DNA from: a virus
Virus record (IMG/VR): IMGVR_UViG_3300035698_012088
Location: 32,001-96,000 of that record
Length of the DNA: 64,000 bases
Reading direction: 5' to 3' (one strand)
Part shown: piece after piece, positions 19,131 to 28,740 of the stretch
Layout: each line of letters begins with the position of its first letter
Numbering within the stretch: position 1 is the stretch's first letter
Notes under the pieces: model-generated
Seen by the model: the letters and a program-made list of their open reading frames with translations, nothing else
Databases searched by the model: none
What the model was told of the DNA's origin: nothing
Program-made: the position numbers and the translations under genes

Positions 19131-22100
19131 TGGTCCTAAGAGCCGGAGCCCTTACACAAGCTAAGGGTCTCAGATCTTTTACTAAACTTTCAAGTACTGC
19201 GGTTTATAAGAAGATGAGAAGGTATAGTAACCTTACTGATCTTTTTGCTAGTAGTTCTTCTACTGTGTCTTCTGCCTCCAGCTCAGCTTCTTCTGTTTCT
19301 AGTTCTAGTAGTAGTATTAGTTCTAGATCTAGTAGTTCAAGCTCTATAAGCAGTAGAAGTAGTATAAGCTCTAGTATAAGTAGCTCTTCTTCTACAAGCT
19401 CTAGTGTTAGTAGCTCTTCCTCTACAAGCTCAAGTATAAGTAGTTCTTCCTCTATAAGCTCTAGTTCTATTAGTTCTATAAGTAGCAGTAGTAGCAGCAG
19501 CTCTAGATCTAGTAGTGATAGTTCTTGGAGTTCCCAGTCTTCTATATCTTCTTCAATCTCTTCTATATCTAGTAGCAGTTCTAGTGAGAGTAGTCTATCT
19601 AGTAGTTCAGAATCTAGCTCTAGTAGTAGTGTAAGTTCAAGTAGTTCTATTAGTTCTAGTAGTAGTGTAAGTTCTATAAGTTCTAGTTCTTCTCAGAGCA
19701 GTTCTTCTTCTTCTATCAGCTCCAGTTCTATATCCTCTAGCAGTTCTAGTATAAGTTCAGGAAGTTCTTCTACAAGCTCCACATCTTCTAGTATAACTTC
19801 TTCCAGTATCTCCTCTAGTAGCTCTTCTATATCTAGTTCTAGTTCTATTAGCTCTAGCTCTTCTATATCTAGTTCTAGTTCTTCTATATCTAGTTCAAGT
19901 TCATCTGTATCAAGTAGCTCATCTAATAGTTCTTCTGCTACTTCTTCAAGTACCAGTTCTTCTGCTAGCTCAACTAGTTCTAGTATAAGCTCTATATCTA
20001 GTAGTTCTTCTATATCTAGTTCTTCTATAAGCTCTAGTTCTTCTATATCTAGCTCTAGTATAAGCTCAAGTTCTTCTATATCTAGCTCAGTATCGAGTTC
20101 CACGAGTTCTAGTTCTAGTTCAGCACCCCCTGGGGTTTTAACCTATATAGACACCGATGACCAAGGCGATGCTTATTATGCTGTTGAAGCTGATGGAACA
20201 TTTATTTATGTAGCCTGTCAAGATAGTGGTCTGAGATCCTATAGTGTAGATGGATCAGGAAATTTAACCTATATAGATACTGATGACCAAGGGGATCAGT
20301 ATAATGATGTTTGGGGCGATGGAACATTTATTTATGCAGCCTGTGGGGCAGGGGGTCTGAGATCCTATAGTGTAGATGGATCAGGTAATTTAACTTATAT
20401 AGATTCCGATGACCAAGGTGAGGATTATCTGGGTGTTTGGGGTGATGGAACATTTATTTATGCAGCCTGCCAGGGCGGCGGACTAAGATCCTATAGTGTA
20501 GATGGATCAGGAAATTTAACCTATATAAACACTGATGACCAAGGGGGTAATTATCGGCGTGTTTGGGGCGATGGAACATTTATTTATGCAGCTTGTCTAT
20601 TGGATGGCCTTAGATCGTATAGTGTAGACGGAGCAGGTGTCTTAACCTATATAGACGCTGATGACCAAGATGGTAATTATTATGATGTTTGGGGGGATGG
20701 AACATTTATTTATGCAGTCTGTCAGGGTAGTGGTCTGAGATCCTATAGTGTAGATGGAGTAGGCGCTTTAACCTATATAGACACTGATGACCAAGGTGAT
20801 AATTATTTGGGTGTTTGGGGGGATGGAACATTTATTTATGTAGCCTGTCAAGATAGTGGTCTGAGATCGTATAGTGTAGATGGAGCAGGAAATTTAACCT
20901 ATATAGATTCCGATGACAGAGGCGGTATTTATTATGGTGTTGAAGGTGATGGAACATTTATTTATGCAGCCTGTGGTTTGAGCGGCCTCAGATCCTATAG
21001 TGTTTCGCCCCCCCAACCAAGTAGTTCTTCTGGTTCTTCTATAAGCTCTAGTTCTATATCTAGTTCTTCTCAATCCAGCACGTCAAGTTCTAGCTCTACA
21101 TCTAGTAGTTCAATATCAAGTAGTATATCTAGTTCTGTTTCTAGCTCTAGCTATAGTAGTTCTATCAGCTCTAGTTCTTCAGACTCTAGTTCCTCTATAT
21201 CTAGCTCTTCTATATCTAGTAGTTCAATATCAAGTAGTCTATCCAGCTCAGTATCTAGTTCTAGCTATAGTAGCTCTATAAGCTCTAGTTCTTCAGTATC
21301 TAGTTCTTCTGTAAGCTCTAGTTCTTCTATATCTAGTTCTTCTATAAGCTCTAGTTCTTCTATATCTAGTAGTTCTATAAGCTCCTCTAGTAGTTCAACT
21401 AGCAGCTCAATATCTTCTAGTTCCAGTTCAGTATCTAGTTCTATATCTAGCATCAGTAGTTCTTCAGAGTCTAGTAGTTCTTCTGTATCCTCTAGTTCAA
21501 GTTCTTCTGTATCCTCTAGTTCAAGTTCTGACTCAAGTTCTAGCTCTAGTTATTCTAGTTCTATGAGTTCGAGTTTGAGTTCTTCCTCTGAATCCAGCAG
21601 TTCTGAGTCTAGCAGTAGCTCCTCTATGTCTAGTTCTTCATCAGAGTCAAGTAGCTCTAGTAGTTCTGTTTCTTCCTCTATAAGCTCTAGTAGTTCCAGT
21701 ATGAGTAGTTCAAGTAGCTCAGAATCAAGTAGCTCTTCAAATTCCTCTAGCAGCTCAGAGTCAAGTTCAGACACTTCTTCCAGCAGTGTAAGTAGTTCTA
21801 GTAGTGTAAGTAGTTCAAACAGCTCTGAGTCCAGTTCTTCTAGTGTATCGAGTAGCTCTGAGTCCAGTTCTAGCTCAAGCAGTATAAGTTCTTCTAGTTC
21901 TTCAATATCAAGCTCCTCAAGTGAATCTAGTAGTTCTAGGAGTAGTTCTTCTTCTTCTGAATCAAGCAGTTCTAACAGTTCAGTATCTAGCTCTAGTAGT
22001 TCTTCAGAGTCCAGTTCTTCTATATCTAGCTCCTCTATATCTAGTTCTTCTACATCTAGTTCTAGTTCAGAATCTGCTAGCTCAAGTATTAGTTCCAGTT

Positions 22101-22969
22101 CCTCTACATCTAGTTCTTCTGTATCTAGTTCAAGCTCTATATCCTCTAGTTCTTCTATCTCTAGCTCTTCTACAAGTTCTAGTTCTATATCTAGCTCTAG
22201 TTCAGAATCTAGTAGTTCTAGTGCCTCTAGTAGTTCTGTAAGCAGTTCTTCTATATCTAGTTCTAGTTCCATATCATCTAGTTCTTCTAGTTCTACATCT
22301 AGTTCTTCAGAATCCTCTAGCTCCTCTGCATCTAGTTCTTCTATATCTAGTTCTTCTATATCTAGTTCTTCTAGCTCTACCTCTAGTTCTTCTATTTCTA
22401 GTTCTATTTCTAGTTCTTCTACTTCTAGTTCCAGTTCTACATCTAGTACCAGCTCCTCTGCATCTAGTTCTTCTGCAGCTGGATATACAGGGGATAACCC
22501 TGCTATTAATATCACCTTATCTGGTTGGGGAGGAGGAACAAAGAGTTACCTTGGGGAGACCTTTACAGATGGAGAGACTAAATCTATAGAGAGTGATTAT
22601 AGTACTAATAATGGTGGTGAACAGGCAGGGATCTCTATATCTAGTTTTAGTCGTATCCTCTTATCTGCCAATACAGCAACTTCCCAGAACAGGGCCTTGT
22701 TGATCTATGGCGATTCCTTCAGATGGACAGGGTTCATGACCACAGCCTCTAATTATGGGTATACTTTCAACTCTAGCTGTGCTTATGACATTGATAGCAC
22801 ATATATATCTGACAATTGGGCTCCAGGTGCAGCTACAGCAATAACCGATGCCCAGTTTGGATTAGGATTAGGTGGAGGGACTGTGACTCCTACTGCTGGA
22901 TCATTAAGTGGCGTAACTATTAAATGGGAACGTGGACCTGATGGCACTGTGAATCAATGGAAGGCTTAG
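19130..22969 (+). CDS. Giant serine-rich protein: Ser stalk, 7-bladed LVIVD-like propeller, Ser stalk, C-terminal globular domain (putative adhesin/fibre)
   Basis: 1279 aa; two Ser tracts (~290 and ~480 aa); seven 42-aa repeats V.GDGTFIY.AC...GLRSYSV. Confidence 0.85.
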   Translation: MVLRAGALTQAKGLRSFTKLSSTAVYKKMRRYSNLTDLFASSSSTVSSASSSASSVSSSSSSISSRSSSSSSISSRSSISSSISSSSSTSSSVSSSSSTSSSISSSSSISSSSISSISSSSSSSSRSSSDSSWSSQSSISSSISSISSSSSSESSLSSSSESSSSSSVSSSSSISSSSSVSSISSSSSQSSSSSSISSSSISSSSSSISSGSSSTSSTSSSITSSSISSSSSSISSSSSISSSSSISSSSSSISSSSSSVSSSSSNSSSATSSSTSSSASSTSSSISSISSSSSISSSSISSSSSISSSSISSSSSISSSVSSSTSSSSSSAPPGVLTYIDTDDQGDAYYAVEADGTFIYVACQDSGLRSYSVDGSGNLTYIDTDDQGDQYNDVWGDGTFIYAACGAGGLRSYSVDGSGNLTYIDSDDQGEDYLGVWGDGTFIYAACQGGGLRSYSVDGSGNLTYINTDDQGGNYRRVWGDGTFIYAACLLDGLRSYSVDGAGVLTYIDADDQDGNYYDVWGDGTFIYAVCQGSGLRSYSVDGVGALTYIDTDDQGDNYLGVWGDGTFIYVACQDSGLRSYSVDGAGNLTYIDSDDRGGIYYGVEGDGTFIYAACGLSGLRSYSVSPPQPSSSSGSSISSSSISSSSQSSTSSSSSTSSSSISSSISSSVSSSSYSSSISSSSSDSSSSISSSSISSSSISSSLSSSVSSSSYSSSISSSSSVSSSSVSSSSSISSSSISSSSSISSSSISSSSSSTSSSISSSSSSVSSSISSISSSSESSSSSVSSSSSSSVSSSSSSDSSSSSSYSSSMSSSLSSSSESSSSESSSSSSMSSSSSESSSSSSSVSSSISSSSSSMSSSSSSESSSSSNSSSSSESSSDTSSSSVSSSSSVSSSNSSESSSSSVSSSSESSSSSSSISSSSSSISSSSSESSSSRSSSSSSESSSSNSSVSSSSSSSESSSSISSSSISSSSTSSSSSESASSSISSSSSTSSSSVSSSSSISSSSSISSSSTSSSSISSSSSESSSSSASSSSVSSSSISSSSSISSSSSSSTSSSSESSSSSASSSSISSSSISSSSSSTSSSSISSSISSSSTSSSSSTSSTSSSASSSSAAGYTGDNPAINITLSGWGGGTKSYLGETFTDGETKSIESDYSTNNGGEQAGISISSFSRILLSANTATSQNRALLIYGDSFRWTGFMTTASNYGYTFNSSCAYDIDSTYISDNWAPGAATAITDAQFGLGLGGGTVTPTAGSLSGVTIKWERGPDGTVNQWKA
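20138..21007 (+). repeat. Seven tandem 126-bp coding repeats
   Basis: TTAACCTATATAG at 20138 and 20264 sets the 126-bp period; framework nearly identical at DNA level. Confidence 0.95.
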
Positions 22970-23011
22970 TGATTCTAAAGGGTAACCTATAATATTTAAT
23001 ACAATAACAAG

Positions 23012-23040
23012 TTGACTTTTCTAGGTTAGGCAGATATCTT
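23012..23040 (+). promoter_or_regulatory. Sigma70-like promoter for the glycan-modification cluster
   Basis: TTGACT-17 bp-TATCTT, then AAAGGA RBS before 23067. Confidence 0.55.
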
Positions 23041-23066
23041 ACTTCTACCTAAATGAAAGGATTTTT

Positions 23067-24119
23067 ATGATTGTTGTAACAGGTTGCCCAAGAAGCGGCA
23101 CAAGTCTCATGATGGATTGCTTAAGACACGCCCTAGGGGATGAGAGAATCTTAGGATTTAAATTCCCCCAAGAAGCTCGATTTGAAGCTGCCCAGAAAAA
23201 AGGGGAAGATGAGACAGACATCCACTTTGAGTCTAGACAATATGCTTTGGAGAAATTTAGACCTTCCCATGAAAAAAAGATTAAGTTATCTAAAGAAATG
23301 AACCCCAATGGCTTTTGGGAGTGTGGCTATACTGTCAGAGGTATGTCTTGGCATTTAGGAATGGAACACAAGAGTAACCAAGTTGTAAAGATTGTTTCTC
23401 AAGGTCTTATAAGGACAGATCCTAAATATGTAGATAAGATGATCTGTATGTGTAGACATCCCAGGGCAGTTGCTAAGTCCCAAGAGAACCTTAGAAGACT
23501 GCCTTTTATGAAACAAGAGGAAGAGAGGAAACTTAAGGTACATACTCCAGAGCAGTTTCTTAGAGTGACTGCTAGAGCAGCTAAATGGCTCATAGAGAAT
23601 CCTAATACAGAGCTTCTACTTGTTCAATTTGATAATCTTATCTCAGCACCTCAGGCTACACTCAAAAGTGTGGCCGATTTTATTGGGGAAGGAGACTTCT
23701 CTGACAACCCCGTAGACGCTAAATTAAAAAGATCTTATCCAAACATCAAGATTGATAGTCTCTTGTGGGAGCCCTCAGAAGAAATCTACGAGGCTTTACT
23801 TAATAAAGATTGGGAAAAGCTCTGGACTACTTTTGAAGCTGCCCAGGACGCATTAATTAAAGAGAACTCCAGGTCTGTTTGTTTTCGGACAGGCAAGAGA
23901 ATGGCGTATAAAGAATGTATTAGCTGTAAAACCAGGGCAGTTACAAGAGATAACTTCAGAACTACAGCTTCTAAGGATGAAGTAGACTGGTGGAATGAAC
24001 CCTGTATGTTTGAATGCCTCTATGATAAAGACAATGAATCTATCACTATTAAGGAATCTATTAAGAATAATTTCTGGAAAGAGAATACGAGTTCAATAAA
24101 ACCTAGAAGGAATAAGTAA
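23067..24119 (+). CDS. Sulfotransferase family protein with Cys-rich C-terminal extension
   Basis: 5'-PSB-like IVVTGCPRSGTSLMM; 3'-PB-like MCRHPRAVAKS; FDNLIS.P....VADFIG. Confidence 0.85.
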   Translation: MIVVTGCPRSGTSLMMDCLRHALGDERILGFKFPQEARFEAAQKKGEDETDIHFESRQYALEKFRPSHEKKIKLSKEMNPNGFWECGYTVRGMSWHLGMEHKSNQVVKIVSQGLIRTDPKYVDKMICMCRHPRAVAKSQENLRRLPFMKQEEERKLKVHTPEQFLRVTARAAKWLIENPNTELLLVQFDNLISAPQATLKSVADFIGEGDFSDNPVDAKLKRSYPNIKIDSLLWEPSEEIYEALLNKDWEKLWTTFEAAQDALIKENSRSVCFRTGKRMAYKECISCKTRAVTRDNFRTTASKDEVDWWNEPCMFECLYDKDNESITIKESIKNNFWKENTSSIKPRRNK

Positions 24120-25144
24120 TGCAAAAACTAATCTTAACACATCATCTATCTCCAGGAGATGTTTTAATGTTAACCGCCGCTATAAGAGATCTTCATGAAA
24201 ACTACCCAGACCAATTCATTACCGATGTTAGGACTTCTTGTGGAGAACTTTGGGAAAACAATCCATTCATCACCCCTTTAGATGAAAATGATCCCGATGT
24301 AGAAGTTATGAAATGTCAATATGAATTAGTGCACCATAGTAATCAAGGCTCCCATCACTTTATTCACGGCTTTGTGGATTTCTTAAATGATGCCTTAGAC
24401 CTTAAGATTAAACCTGGGAAGTTCAAAGCCGAGATCTACTTAAGCAACGATGAGAAGTGTTGGCTATCTCAGATATATGAAGAGAATAAAAAAGATATTC
24501 CATATTGGTTAGTCAATGCAGGAACTAAATCAGACTATACTGCAAAGGGATGGGGACTACATAATTACCAAGCAGTAGTAGATGCCTTACCGGATATCAC
24601 TTTTGTTCAAGTAGGAGCAGGAGATCATAGACATAAAGACTTAACAGGAAAGAATGTAATAAACTTAGTAGGTAAAACTGAGATGAGACAATACATAAGA
24701 CTCTTCTATCATGCAGCAGGAGTATTAACAGGTGTTTCCTTACCTATGCATTTAGCAGCAGCAGTTCCTATGAAACCCTGTTACTTTAGAGCTAATAGAC
24801 CGTGTATAGTTATGGCAGGAGGAAGGGAACCTAGTGTATGGGAAGCCTATACTAATCATGCTTATATGCACACTTGTGGAATGATGGACTGTTGCGATGA
24901 TGGGGGATGCTGGAAGAGTAGAGCCTATCCTATTGGGGACGGTGATGACAAAGACAAAGATCTATGTGAAAGAACAGTAATTAGAGGTGGAGTAAAGATA
25001 CCTAAGTGTATGGATATGATTACACCTGAGGCAGTGGTACAGAAGATAGATGATTATCTAAGTACCTATGATTACTATGAAAACTGGGATCTAGATAAAG
25101 ACGGTATTGTAAGAGGAAGAAAGGAAAATCATGCAATTTTTTGA
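24119..25144 (+). CDS. Glycosyltransferase family 9 (heptosyltransferase-like)
   Basis: SPGDVLMLTAAIRDL, LWENNPFI, K.W....YQAV, INLVGKT, S..MHLAAA, CMDMITPEAV. Confidence 0.85.
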   Translation: MQKLILTHHLSPGDVLMLTAAIRDLHENYPDQFITDVRTSCGELWENNPFITPLDENDPDVEVMKCQYELVHHSNQGSHHFIHGFVDFLNDALDLKIKPGKFKAEIYLSNDEKCWLSQIYEENKKDIPYWLVNAGTKSDYTAKGWGLHNYQAVVDALPDITFVQVGAGDHRHKDLTGKNVINLVGKTEMRQYIRLFYHAAGVLTGVSLPMHLAAAVPMKPCYFRANRPCIVMAGGREPSVWEAYTNHAYMHTCGMMDCCDDGGCWKSRAYPIGDGDDKDKDLCERTVIRGGVKIPKCMDMITPEAVVQKIDDYLSTYDYYENWDLDKDGIVRGRKENHAIF

Positions 25145-25739
25145 CCCGACAAATGACTATTTACCAGATGAGATGGGTAGCTTTATAGCCCATTTTGAAA
25201 CAGAAAGTGTAAATGAATACATTAATAGGACTCTAATCCCCACCAGTGGGTGTAGTCTTACAAGTAGTAATACAAGTAGTAGTAGTAGCTCAATGAGTAC
25301 CTGTAGCACCAGTAGTGGGGGGAGCCTCTCTAGTAGGAGTTACAATGGAGGGAAGTTGATCAAGGAGTTTCCAATAGAGTGCTTAAGAGTATACATGCCT
25401 AATGGGTACACTTGGACCAGGGGCTTTAATATGGATGTGAAGTTTACTGTTTTAGAAAATGGTTTTGTCTTTGCACAACTAATAGAAGATAACTATGATC
25501 TTGAGGTGCAGTGGAATGAGAAACTAACTAAACCTCCCCTATTAACTACATTTACAGATATGTCAATTGCTTATGGAGTAGGGATAAACTCTTCTCCAAA
25601 ATACATAGGACCTTTTCAACAAGAAGTAATAAATGGATATGGAGATAGCTTTAAAGTAGAAGCCACCTTATCTGAAGTTTCTTTAGACGAAGAAGTGATT
25701 GAGCAGTTGGAGGTTATATATACAGTGGAGAACTTATAA
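25131..25739 (+). CDS. Hypothetical protein with internal Ser-rich patch
   Basis: SSNTSSSSSSMSTCSTSSGGSLSS; ends with the shared C-terminal motif. Confidence 0.6.
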   Translation: MQFFDPTNDYLPDEMGSFIAHFETESVNEYINRTLIPTSGCSLTSSNTSSSSSSMSTCSTSSGGSLSSRSYNGGKLIKEFPIECLRVYMPNGYTWTRGFNMDVKFTVLENGFVFAQLIEDNYDLEVQWNEKLTKPPLLTTFTDMSIAYGVGINSSPKYIGPFQQEVINGYGDSFKVEATLSEVSLDEEVIEQLEVIYTVENL

Positions 25740-25741
25740 GA

Positions 25742-26098
25742 ATGAATACATTTCTTGACGTTGACTCATTATGCAAAGAAGCAATAGGGCAGTTCAACTA
25801 CTATGAAGTAAGATCTGCTAGAGAGATGGTAGCAAATGGCAAATCTATCCCAGTGATTATAGATAGTAATAGATTTAGATGTCTTTTATTCAAACTGGGT
25901 GAAAAATACTTCGGAGCTAAGTGGAAATTTCAAGAAGAAGCATTAGAGTTTATAAGTGAGAAGGAACTTTCTTCTTGTTATGTAAAAGGTTTAAAAGGTA
26001 CAGACACCCAAGGGTGGACTTACTTCCTAACTGAAATATCATTAACAGAAGATCAAAAGGAATATCTCATACTAAGTGCAACAATAGACAACTTGTAA
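25742..26098 (+). CDS. Hypothetical protein
   Basis: ORF track; tight packing; ends LILSATIDNL. Confidence 0.6.
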   Translation: MNTFLDVDSLCKEAIGQFNYYEVRSAREMVANGKSIPVIIDSNRFRCLLFKLGEKYFGAKWKFQEEALEFISEKELSSCYVKGLKGTDTQGWTYFLTEISLTEDQKEYLILSATIDNL

Positions 26099-26117
26099 AT
26101 GAAGGAGTAAATGTAAA

Positions 26118-26441
26118 GTGTCGTATCACAGCAGTTTTGAATGGAAATTTGAAGATGGCCTAGTAGAGGGCCTAGTAGAAGAACTTGTTACTGGCCTGGA
26201 GTCCAACAGGAGCTATAACAAAGGTTCCTGCAATGAAGACAAGTACATGTCTTGTTATGGCTGTTTCTGCCATATGGACCAACTCATGTATAACATAGGT
26301 ATAGCTTTAGATGCTGGAAAAGACCTATCCGATCCTGAGATAGCTGATGCCCATCTGACTAAGGCCCCAGAGGAATATAAGGAAGGACTTAAGGCTATTC
26401 TTTTAGGTGTAGGGACAGCAATGAAAAAGGAGACAGAGTAA
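26118..26441 (+). CDS. Hypothetical protein with CxxCxCH motif
   Basis: AAGGAG RBS, GTG start, TAATG coupling. Confidence 0.6.
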   Translation: MSYHSSFEWKFEDGLVEGLVEELVTGLESNRSYNKGSCNEDKYMSCYGCFCHMDQLMYNIGIALDAGKDLSDPEIADAHLTKAPEEYKEGLKAILLGVGTAMKKETE

Positions 26442-26758
26442 TGTTTGTGAAAATCGGAAATGAAATATATGACTCAGCAGATGAGATCATTACTATCCAG
26501 CTGGACTCAGGGTTAAAGGCCCATGTAAAGAAAATGGGACCTCAGGATGACCTATTAACTGTAGCTCCAAAGGGAACTTCCAGAGTAAAACTAGAGAAGT
26601 TCAACAGAATCTTCAGATCAGTCTCTAAATTAGCTCCTGTAGATGTAGAACAAAAGGTTCCCCTACAGATGCCTCCAGCAGATATTGAGGATATGGCTAA
26701 AGGTGCCTCTAAACTCTTTGAGGAAGATATCCCTGATTCCTTACTACCTGGAGACTGA
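26441..26758 (+). CDS. Hypothetical protein
   Basis: AGGAG RBS; coupled start. Confidence 0.6.
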   Translation: MFVKIGNEIYDSADEIITIQLDSGLKAHVKKMGPQDDLLTVAPKGTSRVKLEKFNRIFRSVSKLAPVDVEQKVPLQMPPADIEDMAKGASKLFEEDIPDSLLPGD

Positions 26759-26760
26759 TA

Positions 26761-27819
26761 ATGAAAATTGGTGTATTCAGCAAGTTTAATATGGCTGGGG
26801 GCTCTGAGTTTAGATGTGTAACAATGGCTAATGCTATTGCAAGACATTCAGAGCATGATGCTTATATCCTAACAGAGAGAGGTTTTGCAGATAAGCTCAT
26901 AGAGCATGTAGATCCTGGAGTCTCTCTCATTAGAAGTGTTTTTGCAGAACCCTCTATTTTATATGAAATGGATCATATACTTGTTGTTAACACTGACTCC
27001 AAAGAGTTTACAACAGCCCAATATTGGAAAGACAAGAGAGTAGACTTAAATAAGATAGGTGGATTTACCTTCCTCTTTAACTTCATAGTCTCTCCTGCAA
27101 AGACCTTATATGAAATAGAAAAGTGCACAGGTGTGCGTATTATCACTACTAATAAGAGGTTCTTCGATGAGCTCTCTTATAAAGAAAAGCATGAAAAAGT
27201 TAGACATATAAGAAGAATGATTCTAGAGAGTCCTATAGACCCTACTAAAGTTTCTTCTAAGAAAATAGATACCGGGATCATTAGAATAGGTAAACATTCC
27301 CATCCACTAGGTAATAAATTCAATGAAGAACACTTAGAACTAATACATAGAATAAATAAGAAATATAAAGATAAGGTTATATGGGATTTTATGGGTGTAC
27401 CTAAAGATAGAGAGAAAGAGTTAGAAGGGGTACCCAATATAATTCTAAGGAAGGTATTCTCCATAGATGTAAAAGATTACTTAGAGGGCATACATATTTT
27501 CTTATTCTACCCTAGTTGGAAAAGACAAGAACCTTGGGCAAGAGCAGTAGCAGAAGGACTTATGTCTGGATCTCCTGTAGTAGCAGCAAAGATTGATGGA
27601 GGTACTATTATGCAAGTCATACATGGAAACAACGGATACCTCTGTGAAAACGTAGATGATTTTGAAAAGTACCTGAGCGAACTGATTGAAAACCCTGAGC
27701 TGATTCAGAAGCTAGGAGACAATGCAAGATTCTATGCAAGACAGTTTACTCCTGAAAAAGTAATAGGTAGATTTCTAGATTTCATACAAGAGGAGGATGT
27801 AAAATGGACACTGGCATAA
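26761..27819 (+). CDS. Glycosyltransferase family 4 (GT-B)
   Basis: AGGSE, EPWARAVAEGLMSGSPVV, VIHGNNGYL. Confidence 0.88.
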   Translation: MKIGVFSKFNMAGGSEFRCVTMANAIARHSEHDAYILTERGFADKLIEHVDPGVSLIRSVFAEPSILYEMDHILVVNTDSKEFTTAQYWKDKRVDLNKIGGFTFLFNFIVSPAKTLYEIEKCTGVRIITTNKRFFDELSYKEKHEKVRHIRRMILESPIDPTKVSSKKIDTGIIRIGKHSHPLGNKFNEEHLELIHRINKKYKDKVIWDFMGVPKDREKELEGVPNIILRKVFSIDVKDYLEGIHIFLFYPSWKRQEPWARAVAEGLMSGSPVVAAKIDGGTIMQVIHGNNGYLCENVDDFEKYLSELIENPELIQKLGDNARFYARQFTPEKVIGRFLDFIQEEDVKWTLA

Positions 27820-27959
27820 CTGAAGAAAAGAAGAATATAACAATACAAGATGATTGGTATAAAATTGATGGTGAGTGGTATCACTGTGTTACCTTAAATC
27901 ACCATAGATATGTAAATGGAGTGCTACAGGAGGAGTCTAGAGATGGGCAAATGGGATAA
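27804..27959 (+). CDS. Small ORF (51 aa) with a LamG-like fragment
   Basis: Not in ORF track; AGGAGG RBS; DGEWYHCV...YVNGVLQ. Confidence 0.45.
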   Translation: MDTGITEEKKNITIQDDWYKIDGEWYHCVTLNHHRYVNGVLQEESRDGQMG

Positions 27960-28740
27960 ATGGAATTTTTGGGATGGCATAACTTGGAAGAAACCTGTAA
28001 CAGAGTTCAAGAGAATCTCTCTATGTACTACAGTTATGAATAGGCTTCATACCCTTAAAGAGGTATTGCCTAAAAATATAGAAGATAACCTGGACTACCC
28101 CAATGTGGAATTCCTCATTTTAGACTACAATAGTACAGATGGCTTAGAAGACTGGATGAGGGATAACATGGTATCCCATATGGCCACAGGTCTTGTTAGA
28201 TATGTTAGGACAACAGATCCGGAGTTCTATTCTATGACACATTCTAGAAACTTAGCTTTTAAATGTGCAACAGGAGAGATAGTGAACAATGTCGATGCTG
28301 ATAACTATGTCAATAAGAGCTTTGCTTCATTCCTTAATATGTTAGCACATGAACAGCCCAGTAATGCAGTGTTCTGTAAAGGCAAGAGAATGATGCATGG
28401 AAGATGTGGGTTCTACAAAGATGACTTCATTAACCTCTTAGGAGGATATGATGAGGACATAGAAGGATATGGACATGATGACCATGACCTGGTAGAAAGA
28501 GCTATGCTACAGAAGTTCAAGATGATGTGGTATGGATCTAGGTTTTGTGAAAGAATTAAAACCTCAGGTAAAGAAAAAACAGTTAACATGAAAAACAAGA
28601 ATTGGAAAGAGACAGAAACTATCAACAAAAAGATCTCTGCAGATAAGATTGAAAAAGGGATACTTAAGGCTAATGAGGGAAAGATCTGGGGTAGTGCAAA
28701 TGTCACTGTTAACTTTATAAAGGAAATGTTGATCAAATGA
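27943..28740 (+). CDS. Glycosyltransferase family 2 (GT2/GT7C-like)
   Basis: ISLCTTVMNR, LDYNSTDG, NVDAD, GGYDEDIEGYGHDD.DL..R; start moved to ATG with AGGAGGAG RBS. Confidence 0.88.
   Translation: MGKWDKWNFWDGITWKKPVTEFKRISLCTTVMNRLHTLKEVLPKNIEDNLDYPNVEFLILDYNSTDGLEDWMRDNMVSHMATGLVRYVRTTDPEFYSMTHSRNLAFKCATGEIVNNVDADNYVNKSFASFLNMLAHEQPSNAVFCKGKRMMHGRCGFYKDDFINLLGGYDEDIEGYGHDDHDLVERAMLQKFKMMWYGSRFCERIKTSGKEKTVNMKNKNWKETETINKKISADKIEKGILKANEGKIWGSANVTVNFIKEMLIK

Noticed and set aside
20138-21007. Diversity-generating retroelement target
   Set aside because: No reverse transcriptase or non-coding template repeat in the window, and several variable codons differ at third positions (CAG, CTG, CGG), not an adenine-only pattern
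655-22515. Leu/Glu-rich minus-strand ORFs (848, 1939, 19693, 21265, 21550) and Leu/Val-rich plus-strand ORFs (655, 21921)
   Set aside because: Shadow frames of the poly-Ser codons; no RBS or independent features
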